Shown here one piece after another: positions 24,266 to 32,000 of a stretch of 32,000 nt of DNA. The notes below the pieces were generated by a model. That model had not been told where the DNA came from and ran no database searches. It saw only the letters and a list, made by a program, of their open reading frames with translations. Made by a program: the position numbers and the translations under genes. The first letter of the stretch is position 1, and every line of letters begins with the position of its first letter. This DNA is from Kiritimatiella glycovorans (GTDB taxonomy: Bacteria; Verrucomicrobiota; Kiritimatiellia; Kiritimatiellales; Kiritimatiellaceae), in NCBI RefSeq assembly GCF_001017655.1, contig NZ_CP010904.1:750001-782000 (forward strand), given 5' to 3'.

Positions 24266-25795
24266 AACTCGTTGGCGGTCTCGGTCTTCATTTCGATGTA
24301 GTTCCTTGTCATTCACTTGTCCAGTCCCTGTTCGGCAGTTCGCTTCGCTCTCTGCCTGGGGGTGAGGCGTCGTGGAGTGGAGCCCGTTCCCGCCGGAGGC
24401 GGGATGGCCCGGAGGGCCAAGGGCGGAGCGGAGCGACGCCTCAACAGCTTCCGATGGCCAGCCCAGGGATTTCAAAAGCACCGGGATCTGACGATAGCCT
24501 TTGATTCGACGGAACCCTTTCTCGGCCCTCAGAAGCGAATAGGCCAGCCAGCGTTCCGCCTGATCCGTCTCTGCGCGCCAACGCTTCACCCGCCCGATTT
24601 TTGCGCGTGTGTTTCGGAACGGGTTCTCGATGCAGTTTGTGTTCGTCAACGTGGTGTGTAGAGTGGACGGCGCATTCAGCTTGTGAACCGTAATGAGCTC
24701 CTCACCGGCCTCGTGCAGGGATTCCAGGGCCTTGTGGCTGTGCCGGCTCAGAAAGCGTTCCGGATCGGCGAGTGCTTCACGTCCGGCTTCTTCGCCTTCC
24801 ACGGAGCGGAGACGCTTGAAAACGTCGCTCACGCTGCCGTGATGACGCCTGGAGAGACAACGCTTAATATTTCGTTCCTTATGCACCAGGCATCGTTGAA
24901 TGCGCGCTCGCGGAAAATGCTTCAAGACGCTGTTATGAAGTGCCCGAGAACCGTCGAGAACCGCCAACGGATCGCCCTCGAACTCAAGACCGCGGTGGAC
25001 AAGCCGGTCGAGCCAGCGATTCTCATTATGGCTTCACCCTTTTCGGTCGGGGTGGCACCCGACCCTCCCAGTGCCCGAAAATGCGTCGGATATCGACTCG
25101 GGAGGGACGGCTGCCACGCCGTCCGCGGTCGGAATGCGGCCATAATGAGAACGGCTGCGGTCGAGCAATGCGTCACACACTTCTGTCGATTCCTGTGCGC
25201 CTATTTCAAAATCCAGCATAACTTTGCGGCCGTCCAGCGTAATGCCCAGCCCCACAATGGCGCTGAGATCCTCGGACAGTACAATGCCGTCCAGCAGCAT
25301 GCAGAAGAACCTCTCGGACTTCAGGTCGCGGTCACGGAGCTTCTGTATGCGCTGTCGGCCCTCGACAATCCAGGCGCGGGAAACCCTGCTGCGTCCGGGC
25401 GCTGAATCGGGATACAAGGTTTTCTGATCACGTGAACTGACTCCGGCAGCTGTGGCACGCAAGATACGGTCACGAAGGTCGTCGGCCCTGTTGACCGCGT
25501 CGCAACTTTTAAGCCTGACCTCCTTCGATGTGTCTGCCTCATGGCGACGTACACGCGGCTTGCGGATCTCCTCATCAATACCGTCAATTCGAAGTCCTAC
25601 GCGGGTTCCGCCGGCACGTCGGCAGCCTCTGTCCCCTGCCGGCTTGTAGGCCGGACCACACAATTCTGTGACCTCTTCAGCCAGAATATCGGCGATCAGG
25701 GTTCGCATTTCACCACGCAGCCAGTCACGGAAAACATCTCCTGCTGCAGACGGTTCAACTTGTCCAAGGGCTTCAAGGACGCTATTGTCACTCAT
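24259..25795 (-). pseudogene. IS256-family (mutator-type) transposase, interrupted by a MITE carrying an in-frame stop
   Basis: N-terminal part from ATG 25795: ..FFCMLLDGIVLSEDLSAIVGLGITLDGRKVMLDFEIGAQESTEVCDALLDR. It resumes after the insert as LVHRGLEFEGDPLAVLDGSRALHNSVLKHFPRARIQRCLVHKERN...RWLAYSLLRAEKGFRRIKGYRQIP. There is no stop before the IS end, so the frame reads out into flanking DNA. Confidence 0.85.
25014..25157. mobile_element. 144-bp MITE nested in the transposase gene
   Basis: 19-bp terminal inverted repeats: CAGCGATTCTCATTATGGC (25014-25032) versus the reverse complement of 25139-25157, CAGCCGTTCTCATTATGGC (17 of 19). Perfect 9-bp direct duplication CGGTCGAGC at 25005-25013 and 25158-25166. 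Removing the element plus one duplicate restores ..DALLDRLVHRGL.. in frame. Confidence 0.85.
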
Positions 25796-25856
25796 GGCGG
25801 TCTCCTTTCGGGTTGGTTTGCCCCGAGCGTCCAACATGGACGCTCAGGAGACCGCC
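25796..25856 (-). promoter_or_regulatory. Fold-back hairpin sequestering the transposase Shine-Dalgarno
   Basis: On the minus-strand RNA, GGCGGUCUCCU (25856-25846) pairs with AGGAGACCGCC (25806-25796), which directly abuts AUG 25795. An inner perfect 9-bp hairpin GAGCGTCCA-ACA-TGGACGCTC sits at 25825-25845. The distal arm overlaps the IS terminal repeat. Confidence 0.55.
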
Positions 25857-25939
25857 TTCAAGTTTCAACAGTCAACGGGACACTTCCGCGCGTCGGGCTG
25901 GGGCCGTTTTACGCGCTGCTGGGCGCCCTTACGGCCATC

Positions 25940-26902
25940 ATGTCCTGGCTCACGGACGCCGGGGTCTCGGTGGAGTTCATGGGCCTCACGTTCATGGTGG
26001 GCTCGACCGTCTTCTATACCTCGCTGCTCCTGGGCGTATTCGTCGTGTACGCCTTCGACGGCCCGCCGGCCACGCGACTGGCGATTCTCACCGTGGCCGG
26101 CGTCTCCGCGCTGACCCCGCTGGTGGCGGCGGTGATCCATTTTCAGTTCCAGTTCTCGGATCCGTCCGCCCTCGCCGCCGTGCCCGTGCCCAGCCTGCGG
26201 ATCAATTCGGCCTCCGTGCTGACCACGATCGCGGACCTGCTCTTCCTGGCGATGATCTGGGAGGTGTTCGGCCGGGCGGGAATGAAGATGCGGCTCTGGC
26301 TGCGGACGTATCTGACGCTGCTGGGCGTGATGTGGATCGATGTGATTCTGTTCGCCACCGGCGCCTTCGGCGGGACTCCGGGATACCTGAGCATTATGAC
26401 CGGCACGTTCAGCAGCCGTTTCATCATCTCGCTGATCGCCTTCCCGTTTCTCTACTTCTATTTGAACCGGGAGAACCGCAGGACGGGGGCGGACCTGTCC
26501 TGCCGGCCGGTACTGGCGATTATCAAGGAGGTCGCCGAAGTGCGTGCGGAACTCACGCTGGCTCAGGAGGAGATCGAGCGCCGGAAGCAGGCGGAGGCCG
26601 AGAAAGAGGCGCTGATCGAAAAACAGAAGTGGACGCTCGAAAACCTGCAGCGGCTCGAAGGGCTGCTTTCCGTGTGCTCGAACTGCCGGCGTATCCGCCT
26701 GCGCTCGGAGAACCTCGAATGGAAGGACGAATGGCTCCCTCTCGAAGAATACATCCGCCAGCGCACCAATGTCCGTTTCTCGCACGGGATCTGTAAAGAC
26801 TGCATGAAATCGCTCTACCCGGAAGAGGTGGAAAGGGAATCCGGGGGTGAGCGTGGCGAACAGGCCCCGGATGACGACGGAGACCCGGAAGAGCGGCCAT
26901 AA
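25940..26902 (+). CDS. Polytopic membrane protein with a coiled coil and a C-terminal Cys/His motif; the N-terminus is possibly truncated by the IS
   Basis: Six or so hydrophobic helices, then AEVRAELTLAQEEIERRKQAEAEKEALIEKQKWTLENLQRLEGLL, then SVCSNCRRIRL...W..LEEYI.....FSHGICKDCM. The frame is open upstream of ATG 25940 (GLGPFYALLGALTAI, helix-like) right up to the IS end at 25871. Confidence 0.65.
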   Translation: MSWLTDAGVSVEFMGLTFMVGSTVFYTSLLLGVFVVYAFDGPPATRLAILTVAGVSALTPLVAAVIHFQFQFSDPSALAAVPVPSLRINSASVLTTIADLLFLAMIWEVFGRAGMKMRLWLRTYLTLLGVMWIDVILFATGAFGGTPGYLSIMTGTFSSRFIISLIAFPFLYFYLNRENRRTGADLSCRPVLAIIKEVAEVRAELTLAQEEIERRKQAEAEKEALIEKQKWTLENLQRLEGLLSVCSNCRRIRLRSENLEWKDEWLPLEEYIRQRTNVRFSHGICKDCMKSLYPEEVERESGGERGEQAPDDDGDPEERP

Positions 26903-27015
26903 ATGCGAAGATCTCCCCCGGATAGAAATCTCATCCATTCGAGGATCGCAAGCCCTGTGGATACAGGTACAATGTGGAACCCGTGAATGGACCGTTCAGC
27001 TTCGGGAGGTGAACG

Positions 27016-30000
27016 TTGCGAGTCGTATGGGTGACATGGATGCTGGCGTGCGTCGGGTTTTTCCTGCCGACGCGCGCGGAAGGGTTTACGTTCTCGCTGC
27101 GCGGACAACCGGTGCGGAATCACGTGCGTTACGTCGAGAGCGCGCCGTGGTCTTCGCAGGACGTAAACGACTACGACATCGTCTCGATCTACAGTGGTGC
27201 CGCCGTGATACTGGACCGGGATGACACCGCCGGTTTTCTGTCCGTCGGCCGGGATTCGGACGGCGGGACGCTGACGATCGAGGCCCCTCGTGAACTGCGG
27301 CTGAACGACGCGGTGTACGTAACGAACGGCGCGATCTATATGAACGGCGGAAGCCTGACCGCCCCGGAGATACGTACGGAGCCGGAAGGTGAGGTTCGTA
27401 TCGGCGGCGGAACGGTGGAGACGGATTCGTTCTCGATCGACGGCGCCGTCAGGGTGGACGGCGGGATTCTGCGCACGTCCCCCGGCACGGATTTCCCCAC
27501 GCTGATTTACGAGCGTTTCGTAGACGAAGACCAGAACGTCTGGGCCACCAACGACGCGGATCTCGCCCGGCAGCTGGGACCGGACTGGCGGAGGGCGAAC
27601 CCCGCCGATCAGGAGACCCAGTACCGCATTTCCGGCAACCACCTCGACATCGGGGACACGAGCACCACGTACATTCAGAAGGCCACCCTGGTGCACGACC
27701 GGGCGGAGGCGCCGTCGGGTGAAACGGGGGCGGGCTTTTCCCTCTCCGCCCTCATGCAGCAGGATACTGAGGCGCCCAGCGCATTCATGGGGCTGGCGTT
27801 CAACGTGCAGGAGGACGGGAGTTACTACCTCTTCCGGGTATCGGGGGAGGGCTCCGCGCAGTTCCTCGTCTATACCAATTTCACGAAGCAGGGCGGAACG
27901 GTCCTGAACAAGTCCGGTGCATTCGCGCCGGTTCCGGACCGCCCGTATCTCCTGAAGGTGGAATGCCGCGCACCCCAGACCTACGATATCGCGGTTGAAG
28001 ACACGGTGGCCGGAACCACCGTCTACTCGGTCGATGGTCTCACGGTGGGGGGCGGATTCGCGTCGCTCGACGGGGGCGTCTGCGGCGTTTACATCACGCA
28101 CGGACTTTGCGCCATCGACGACTTCCGCTTCGACGCGGCGCCGGAGCGCAACCGGCTGCTGCACGCCGATGGATTCACGTGCGAGAATCAGACTTCATGG
28201 GCCACGAACGATGCCGGGATTGCCCTGCAACTCGGCCCGTACTGGAGACGGGCCAACCCTGCAGACGAACAGACCCAGTACCGTATCCGCGACCAGAAGC
28301 TGGATATCAGCGCCGTGAACGGCGGCGTCGACCAGAAGGCGATGCTGATCAATACGGCGGCGAAGACCCTTAACGCGGGAGCAGGCACGAATTTCACGCT
28401 GTCCGCGACGATGCGGCAGGATACCGACGCCTCGACGGCGTACATGGGAGTGGCGTTCAACTATCGCGAGGACGGAAGCTGCTACCTGTTCCGGGTCTCG
28501 GGCGCGGGCGTCGCGCAGTTTCTCGTTTATTCGAATTACACCCAGCAGGCGGGCACGGTGATGAATGCGCCGGGTGTGTTCGCCCCCGTTCAGAACCGGC
28601 CCTACACGGTTACGGTCGAGTCACGGGACCCGGGGGTCTTCGATTTTCGGATCACGGACACCGCGGACCGCACCCCTGTGTATTCCGTCAGCAACGTCAC
28701 GGTAGGCGGATCGTACGTACAGCTTGAGGACGGGTGGGGCGGGATCTTCTTCACCCACGGCCTCTCCGCCGTGGACCACTATGTCGTGGACGCGGCCCCG
28801 GATCGCGGGGCGTGGCGGGGGGCGGGCGCCGGGCGCCTGGACGTGACGTCCGGTGAACTCAACCTCAAAGGGGGATCCCCGGGCCGGGTCTTTCTCGATA
28901 CCGCACGCTGCCGCGCAGGCGGGGGGATCCTCGCACTGGGGCAGGTGTATCTCGGACAGCACCGCGGCTCCGAGTTCAGCGTCGTCGGCCGTGCCCCGGA
29001 GGTGAGGATGCAGAGCCTCCGCCGGACCGCCGGAGCGGCGGAGGGCGGCGTGTTCCGGTTCGAATTCGACGAGACAGGCGTGAGTCCCGTGCGGGTCGAT
29101 TCGTTCGCGGCGCTGGACGCCGCGGAGATCGTGGTGGACGGGTCGGCGTATACCGGCGCGGCGGACCGGTTCACGCTCTTCGATGCCGGGGTACTGACCG
29201 CCCCGGTCCCGGATGAAAACCTGGTGGTGACGGGGTTCAGTCGCGCGTACGCGCCGCGGATTGAACAGGGGGGGGATCGGATTGAGCTGGTCGTCGCCCC
29301 GCCCGACCCGTTCACGGACGCGACCGATGCGCTGGGCATGGGGGAACTGACCGACGGGCGCGCCTGCTGGTTCGACTTCAACGGGGATGCATGGATCGAT
29401 CTGGCCGCAGGGGGACGGGTCTGGGTGAACCACGGAGGCACAAACTTCACCCGGGGCTCGTGGGTCGGCCACGTGGTGGCGGGGGATTTCGACAACGACG
29501 GCTGGGAGGACCTGTTTTCGCATTCCCACAGGCGGTTGTTCCGGAACGACGGCGGGACACTGGTCGAAGATGTGCCGCTGCCGGCATTTCCCGACCCGTA
29601 TTCGTGCCAGGGGGCGTGTTGGGGCGATTTCAACGGCGACGGCTGGCTCGATCTGTATGTCACCGGGTACGAAAACGGCTCAATGGAACCCTACCCGGAT
29701 TACATGCTGATCAACAACGGCGGCGAGTCCTTTGCGATGTATACCATGGAGACCCGTTACAACGCCCGCGGCGTGACCTCCTGCGACTTCGACGGCGATG
29801 GCGATCCGGATATTTACGTGTCGAATTACCGCCTGCAGCCGAACCTGCTTTGGCGCAACGACGGAAGCGGAACGTTCACGGAAGTCGCCTCGGCATACAA
29901 CGCGATTGCGACGTCGCCGGGGTACGGCGGCGGTCATTCGATCGGCGCCTGCTGGGGCGATTTTGACAACGACGGTCTGTTCGATCTGTTTGCCGGCAAT

Positions 30001-30663
30001 TTCGCTCACCCGGGTCAGCCGGAGTCGCGTTTCCTCCGCAACCGCGGGGCGGCGCACGGGCACACCTTCGAGGATATGGGCACCTGCGGCATCTATTTCC
30101 AGGAATCGTACGCCTCGCCCGCCGCCGCGGATTACGACAACGACGGCCGGCTCGACCTGTTCTTCACCACCGTGTACGAGGTGGCCACAGGCGGCATCCG
30201 GAACTATCCGGTCCTGTTCCGCAACGGAGGTCATTTTGACTTTGAAGCGGTGGACGGATCTTCCCTGGACGAGCTGCCGGACACCTATCAGGCCGCGTGG
30301 GGTGATTACAACAACGACGGCCGACCGGACCTGGTAACCGCCGGCCGCGTGTTCCGGAATAACGGCCTCGGGACCAACCACTGGCTGAAGGTCCGTTTGC
30401 GGGGCGACGGCTCCGCAGTCAACCGATCCGCGATCGGTGCACGTGTAACGCTGACCGCCGGAACCCGCACGATGGCGCGACAGGTCGAAGCCGGGACGGG
30501 GCAGGGCAACCAGAATGCCCCCGCGCTCCATTTCGGGTTGGGACAGGCGGACGGGCCGGTCGATATCGAGATCGCCTGGCCCGACGGAACGCTCGATACC
30601 GTAACCGGCGTCGAGCCCGACCGGTTGATTACGAGGGAGTATGGTTCATCCGCGGGACCTTGA
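27016..30663 (+). CDS. Large secreted protein: beta-strand-repeat N-terminus, duplicated ~200-aa lectin-like domain, FG-GAP/VCBS repeats, and an ASPIC/UnbV-like C-terminus (CRTAC1-like)
   Basis: TTG start 7 nt after GGGAGG. Signal peptide MRVVWVTWMLACVGFFLPTRAEG. FG-GAP loops GDFDNDGWEDL, GDFNGDGWLDLYV, CDFDGDGDPDIYV, GDFDNDGLFDLF, ADYDNDGRLDLFF and GDYNNDGRPDLV. Tail NHWLKVRLRG..AIGARVTL..VEAGTGQGNQNAPALHFGLG. Confidence 0.85.
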   Translation: MRVVWVTWMLACVGFFLPTRAEGFTFSLRGQPVRNHVRYVESAPWSSQDVNDYDIVSIYSGAAVILDRDDTAGFLSVGRDSDGGTLTIEAPRELRLNDAVYVTNGAIYMNGGSLTAPEIRTEPEGEVRIGGGTVETDSFSIDGAVRVDGGILRTSPGTDFPTLIYERFVDEDQNVWATNDADLARQLGPDWRRANPADQETQYRISGNHLDIGDTSTTYIQKATLVHDRAEAPSGETGAGFSLSALMQQDTEAPSAFMGLAFNVQEDGSYYLFRVSGEGSAQFLVYTNFTKQGGTVLNKSGAFAPVPDRPYLLKVECRAPQTYDIAVEDTVAGTTVYSVDGLTVGGGFASLDGGVCGVYITHGLCAIDDFRFDAAPERNRLLHADGFTCENQTSWATNDAGIALQLGPYWRRANPADEQTQYRIRDQKLDISAVNGGVDQKAMLINTAAKTLNAGAGTNFTLSATMRQDTDASTAYMGVAFNYREDGSCYLFRVSGAGVAQFLVYSNYTQQAGTVMNAPGVFAPVQNRPYTVTVESRDPGVFDFRITDTADRTPVYSVSNVTVGGSYVQLEDGWGGIFFTHGLSAVDHYVVDAAPDRGAWRGAGAGRLDVTSGELNLKGGSPGRVFLDTARCRAGGGILALGQVYLGQHRGSEFSVVGRAPEVRMQSLRRTAGAAEGGVFRFEFDETGVSPVRVDSFAALDAAEIVVDGSAYTGAADRFTLFDAGVLTAPVPDENLVVTGFSRAYAPRIEQGGDRIELVVAPPDPFTDATDALGMGELTDGRACWFDFNGDAWIDLAAGGRVWVNHGGTNFTRGSWVGHVVAGDFDNDGWEDLFSHSHRRLFRNDGGTLVEDVPLPAFPDPYSCQGACWGDFNGDGWLDLYVTGYENGSMEPYPDYMLINNGGESFAMYTMETRYNARGVTSCDFDGDGDPDIYVSNYRLQPNLLWRNDGSGTFTEVASAYNAIATSPGYGGGHSIGACWGDFDNDGLFDLFAGNFAHPGQPESRFLRNRGAAHGHTFEDMGTCGIYFQESYASPAAADYDNDGRLDLFFTTVYEVATGGIRNYPVLFRNGGHFDFEAVDGSSLDELPDTYQAAWGDYNNDGRPDLVTAGRVFRNNGLGTNHWLKVRLRGDGSAVNRSAIGARVTLTAGTRTMARQVEAGTGQGNQNAPALHFGLGQADGPVDIEIAWPDGTLDTVTGVEPDRLITREYGSSAGP

Positions 30664-30747
30664 GGGTGCCGGGGAGGAGTATGTTCCGGGGGCAAGGACC
30701 GGTCTGGCACGGTGCTCGGAGATGATTAAAAGGAAAGGAACGGAATC

Positions 30748-30924
30748 ATGAATAAGGTCTGTAACCCGCGCTATCTCGGAGCCCTGGGATTCCTCGGCTT
30801 TCTGGGCTTTCTCGGATTCCTCGGCAGCGACGAGACCGCGCATCTCGCCAGGTTCGCGATGCTGTCTCTTTTGTCGCTCATCGCACTTTACGCCTTTATT
30901 CCCTCCGACGGAAAAGGGAAATAA
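30748..30924 (+). CDS. 58-aa small membrane protein with a GFLGFLGFLGFLG repeat (DUF3796-like)
   Basis: Not in the ORF track because it is under 60 aa. ATG 30748 follows AAAGGAAAGGAA. Translation: MNKVCNPRYLGALGFLGFLGFLGFLGSDETAHLARFAMLSLLSLIALYAFIPSDGKGK. Confidence 0.5.
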   Translation: MNKVCNPRYLGALGFLGFLGFLGFLGSDETAHLARFAMLSLLSLIALYAFIPSDGKGK

Positions 30925-30947
30925 CGCCGCTGCCACCGCTTTTCAAA

Positions 30948-32000
30948 TTATTCCTCCCCGGAATAGTATTCACCCTGCAGCGGGACGGCGGGTCGCGTTG
31001 CGCGATACACGGGCATGCCGCCGACGAGCGTCAGCGCCGGCCGGAAACGTTCGATGAACGTGTTCACCATCTCCACCCGGTTCGACTGCGAGAGATCCGC
31101 CGCCGGATGCGCGAGATCGGCCAGGTGCAGCCCGTCCGGTCCCTCGATCGCAAACGGGTTGGTTCGCCAGACCACCAGGTCCGCGTACCACCCCGGCCCG
31201 TCCGGCATGCTGTTCGTCGGCGCAATCGCCCCCAGTTCGGTTTCCAGCCCCCCGTGGTACGCGGCCCAGAAGGTCATCGCACTCAGAGCCTGTTCCACGC
31301 TCAACTGCATCGGGTTGTCCTCTTCGTCCTCCCGGTGCCCCAGCGGCGGGAAGACTTTTCCGGCCAGGTACTCCGCCGGGTACACCTCCGGCCGTTCCTC
31401 CCCGCCCTGATCCAGCCAGCGCCCCGGATCGGCCTCGATCGGACAGCGCGCCACGGCGCCGATCATGGTGATCGCCGGACGCGGATCGCGTACCGAAGGC
31501 GGGTCGGTGTTGAGCGCGAACGGGATATCGTAGTCAAGATACAGCGGACAGGGTTTGTGATGCTCCGACCGCGGCCGCGCCGGGACGCCGCGCCAGAAGT
31601 CGGGCATCCCCGCCGTCGGGATCTCCCACAACTCCTGTTCGTCCGGGAACCCGTTCACGCGGATCGATTGTCCGTCGACCGCCAGCAGCGCGGGTTGGAC
31701 CGAAAAGACGACGTTGCGCTCCGTCGGCAGACTCTCCCGGTCCATCCCGAACCTCGGGTTGCGGATGAGGTTGATCGCATAGGGCGAGACATTGAGCAGG
31801 TGCTCAATCCGGTAGCGCTCGTTGGTGAATCCGCGCCGGATCACGGTTAGATCGTCGTCCGGCCCCAACGCGTTTTTCCAGTAGCCGGGCAGCAGTTTGT
31901 AACTGGTCGGCAGCGTCTCCAGGTCGTCTTTCAGCGTCCACAGACAGCGCGTATAGAGATCGACCCCGCCGTCGCCGAGATTATGACAGGCCACCTGGCC
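30948..32000 (-). CDS. Amidohydrolase-family (Amidohydro_3/YtcJ-like) protein; N-terminus lies beyond the window
   Basis: The frame is open to base 32000 (the track's start at 31994 is an internal GTG). CHNLGDGGVD resembles the HAIGD metal-ligand block. C-terminal ALSAMTFWAAYHGGLETELGAIAP...YADLVVWRTNPF is the usual family ending. Confidence 0.65.
   Translation of the reverse strand, partial: GQVACHNLGDGGVDLYTRCLWTLKDDLETLPTSYKLLPGYWKNALGPDDDLTVIRRGFTNERYRIEHLLNVSPYAINLIRNPRFGMDRESLPTERNVVFSVQPALLAVDGQSIRVNGFPDEQELWEIPTAGMPDFWRGVPARPRSEHHKPCPLYLDYDIPFALNTDPPSVRDPRPAITMIGAVARCPIEADPGRWLDQGGEERPEVYPAEYLAGKVFPPLGHREDEEDNPMQLSVEQALSAMTFWAAYHGGLETELGAIAPTNSMPDGPGWYADLVVWRTNPFAIEGPDGLHLADLAHPAADLSQSNRVEMVNTFIERFRPALTLVGGMPVYRATRPAVPLQGEYYSGEE

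Larger units (their letters stand above)
24259..25871 (-). mobile_element. IS256-family insertion sequence (about 1460 bp plus a nested 153-bp MITE/TSD)
   Basis: Terminal inverted repeats CTGTTGAAACTCGTTGGCGGTC (24259-24280) and, as the reverse complement of 25850-25871, CTGTTGAAACTTGAAGGCGGTC: 19 of 22 identical. They enclose a mutator-type transposase. No flanking target-site duplication is visible. Confidence 0.85.

Noticed and set aside
25541-25939. N-terminal 133 codons of the 453-aa track ORF upstream of ATG 25940
   Set aside because: Most of it lies inside the IS, antisense to the transposase 5' region, so it cannot be ancestral coding sequence. The gene is taken from 25940, possibly truncated.
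26815-30531. Long minus-strand ORFs (26815-28164, 28621-29529, 28779-29663, 29680-30531) opposite the 1215-aa gene
   Set aside because: These are shadow ORFs. The + strand frame has a signal peptide, an internal duplication and FG-GAP/ASPIC motifs.

Overview
High-GC bacterial chromosomal window. By eye it is well above 60% G+C, except for one AT-rich insert. The gene content suggests a PVC-superphylum organism, but that is inference only. All domain calls come from motif recognition in the translations; no searches were run.

Layout, left to right:
- The 3' part of a vapC PIN toxin, an ABC-F ATPase, a small membrane protein and a 3D-domain protein (+ strand).
- An intergenic block of structured repeats.
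- A tightly packed minus-strand operon (9120 to 3553). It encodes a SIR2-like/TIR fusion protein, a STAND-type P-loop NTPase, and about 880 aa of tandem YD/RHS-like repeats. The NTPase and repeat ORFs look like one reading frame broken by a 1-nt frame change, with a transmembrane helix at the junction.
- A second copy of the repeat element, then a secreted esterase.
- An HTH gene followed by five mutually overlapping genes: hsdM, hsdS, DUF262/DUF1524 (GmrSD-like), hsdR and an M48/DUF45 peptidase.
- An AT-rich two-gene cassette (zinc-ribbon/RDD membrane protein plus a secreted protein).
- A truncated HAF-like gene.
- An IS256-family element whose transposase is split by a nested 144-bp MITE.
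- A membrane protein with a C-terminal Cys/His motif, a 1215-aa FG-GAP/ASPIC protein, a 58-aa membrane peptide, and a partial amidohydrolase.

The best candidate for an undescribed system is the SIR2-TIR / STAND / TM / YD-like-repeat operon. It could be an NAD-targeting defence module with a membrane-spanning sensor. No rRNA, tRNA or CRISPR array was seen.
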